Assembly (NCBI GenBank): GCA_016926735.1
Contig: JAFGOA010000200.1
Span: 1-17,956, forward strand
Direction: 5' to 3'
Length of the DNA: 17,956 nucleotides
Source: Promethearchaeota archaeon
Lineage (GTDB): Archaea; Asgardarchaeota; Lokiarchaeia; Sigyniarchaeales; SOKP01
In this document: positions 16,227-17,956 of the stretch, piece by piece
How positions within the stretch are numbered: the stretch's first letter is position 1
Layout of the letters: every line of letters starts with the position of its first letter
Made by a program: the position numbers and the translations under genes
The notes under the pieces: model-generated
Databases searched by the model: none
Told to the model about the DNA's origin: nothing
The model's input: only the letters and a program-made list of their open reading frames with translations

Positions 16227-16715
16227 TTATGGATGTTTAAGATGCTTATCCCAAACTCCAATGTTTTTATTTGAAAGAAGAAAATCATCATAAATTTGGG
16301 TAAAAAGATTTTCTTCTTCAATTTGTTCTTGAAGGAACCAATTTAACATATCATAAGCATAGTATTCCTTCTTTTGTTGAGCTAGATCCATAAGCTCTTT
16401 ACATTTATTTGAAATATGTTCTTCATGAGCTATAGCTCCTTTTAAGACTTCTTCTACACTATTATAATCAGTAGTAACTTGATCTATTGTTCCAAGCTCT
16501 ACTTTTCCACCAGTTTCTATGATATATTTAAAAAATTTCATAGCATGTTTATATTCTTCTTTTTCCGCATGAATTTTCATGAAACTAGCTAGACCTTGGA
16601 GACCTTTATTAGCAGCCCATGAAGACATTCCAAGATAAATATAGCCAGATCTTAGTTCTTCAACAATTTGTTTGTTCATCAAATCGTTCAATTCTTTTGA
16701 TATTAAATTAACCAT
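16227..16715 (-). CDS. ftnA: Ferritin (non-heme, FtnA-like)
   Basis: Ferroxidase-centre pattern NKQIVEELRSGYIY, EEYKHAMKF, HEEHIS and LNWFLQEQIEEE. I place the start at ATG 16715 because the track's GTG (16727) lies inside an aggtg RBS 9 nt upstream of it. Confidence 0.93.
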   Translation of the reverse strand: MVNLISKELNDLMNKQIVEELRSGYIYLGMSSWAANKGLQGLASFMKIHAEKEEYKHAMKFFKYIIETGGKVELGTIDQVTTDYNSVEEVLKGAIAHEEHISNKCKELMDLAQQKKEYYAYDMLNWFLQEQIEEENLFTQIYDDFLLSNKNIGVWDKHLKHP

Positions 16716-16769
16716 TTTAAAATACACCTTAAGATTTTTTAAATTTTATGTCTTTAAAAAAAGTATTTC

Positions 16770-16789
16770 TTATAATTTGAAAATTATAA
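16770..16789. promoter_or_regulatory. Perfect 9-2-9 inverted repeat upstream of ferritin, candidate metalloregulator operator
   Basis: ttataattt-ga-aaattataa, about 55 bp upstream of the ferritin ATG and beside a minus-strand TATA-like tttttaaa (about 16753-16760). Confidence 0.5.
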
Positions 16790-16835
16790 CTATTAATTGC
16801 TATAAGTTTAAGAATTAATTGAATATATAATTTAG

Positions 16836-17825
16836 TTATATTTGATTTTCAAAAGTATTTATTATCTTATCATATTTTTTATTTATTTCAATGTCAATTA
16901 CTTTTCTTTTCTCATCTTCCTCAAACCAATCTAATACTTTTTTAATTCCTTCTGTAAAAGGTATAGTCGCCATAAAATCTGGAACAAATCTTTTTATCTT
17001 TGAATTATCAAAAATCACACTATAGGCTTTATCTCCTAATAAATTATCACCTGTGTCTTTATCTATTTCCATTATAAAATCTGAAGGAATATGCACAAGA
17101 TTTACTTTAACACCTACAGCATTTGCCATGATTTCATATATCTGATTCCAAGTTAAGATTTCATCTGATGTGATGTGAAAAGCATGCCCAATAGTTTGAA
17201 TATTTCCCAATAATCCAATAAATCCTTTAGCAAAATCATCAGAATGAGTGACAGTCCATAGAGAAGTCCCATCTCCTTGCACAGGAATTTTCAACCCTTT
17301 TTTCATTCGATCAATAATAGTATAATTATCCCAACCAGGTAGTGCTATAGGAAAAACTGTACGATATGTTAAAGAAGGACGAACAATTGTAATTGGAAAA
17401 TTATCTTCTCTGTATTTTTGATTTAAAAAATCTTCACATGCTATTTTATCTCTACTATATTGCCAGTAGGGATTTTTTAAAGGTGTTGATTCCGTGATAA
17501 TTGGAAATGTAGGTGGTTTTTGATAAACAGATGCACTACTTATAAAAATGTATTGTTTAATTTTATTCTTAAAAATTTGATAATCAAATTCCACATCGGG
17601 AATATTGAAAGCAATCCAATTAACTACTACGTCAAATTCATATTCATTTAGTATCGTTTTGATTTTTTCTCTTTCTTTAATATCCCCCTTAATAATATTA
17701 GCACCTTCTATTTGTATATGTTTTGTTCCTCTGTTCAATAAATAGAGTTCAATACCCTTTTTTAAAGCTAAACGACTGCAAGAAGTACTAATATTTCCTG
17801 TTCCACCTATAAATAATACTTTCAA
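16836..17825 (-). CDS. NAD-dependent epimerase/dehydratase family protein (atypical/extended SDR)
   Basis: Rossmann motif KVLFIGGTGNIS, LLNRG, YIFISSASVY, YxxxK (YSRDK), TIVRPS, and HSDDFA. TTG at 17825 gives the typical MKVLFIGG start; the track's GTG (17834) overlaps a gtga RBS-like site. Confidence 0.92.
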   Translation of the reverse strand: MKVLFIGGTGNISTSCSRLALKKGIELYLLNRGTKHIQIEGANIIKGDIKEREKIKTILNEYEFDVVVNWIAFNIPDVEFDYQIFKNKIKQYIFISSASVYQKPPTFPIITESTPLKNPYWQYSRDKIACEDFLNQKYREDNFPITIVRPSLTYRTVFPIALPGWDNYTIIDRMKKGLKIPVQGDGTSLWTVTHSDDFAKGFIGLLGNIQTIGHAFHITSDEILTWNQIYEIMANAVGVKVNLVHIPSDFIMEIDKDTGDNLLGDKAYSVIFDNSKIKRFVPDFMATIPFTEGIKKVLDWFEEDEKRKVIDIEINKKYDKIINTFENQI

Positions 17826-17956
17826 AGTAATCACATTTTATTTCTATAATTCTATTAGTTAGATTTAATTTAGATAATTAATATTCAAATTCTTTTGAGA
17901 AATTAATTATTATGTATAATTTCTAAATATATAAATTATTTTGTGTTTAAATTTTT

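Overview
This is a very AT-rich, gene-dense prokaryotic window. Oligo-T/oligo-A intergenic terminators, GGTGA-type ribosome-binding sites and an IPG-TM-basic C-terminal sorting tail point to an archaeon, most likely Asgard (Lokiarchaeia/Promethearchaeota); this taxonomy is inference. In order it contains: a 4-TM membrane protein; a membrane-anchored TGNI-repeat beta-solenoid (DUF4097/adhesin-like); pyruvate kinase; a surface protein (7 LVIVD blades, 4 tandem ~95-aa Ig-like repeats, Loki-CTERM-like tail); a cluster of small unknown genes, including a 37-aa CxxC..CxxC microprotein missing from the ORF track; a coiled-coil protein; a gamma-class N6-adenine DNA methyltransferase with a zinc-ribbon insertion, divergent from an OLD-like ABC-ATPase/TOPRIM protein with an altered DxD motif; a three-gene nitrate/sulfonate/taurine-type ABC importer divergent from a ribbon-helix-helix regulator; ferritin; and an NAD-dependent epimerase/SDR. 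I saw no rRNA, tRNA, CRISPR array, transposase or integrase. The best candidate for an undescribed system is the MTase/OLD-ATPase pair with its neighbouring coiled-coil and zinc-finger genes, but a functional link is unproven.
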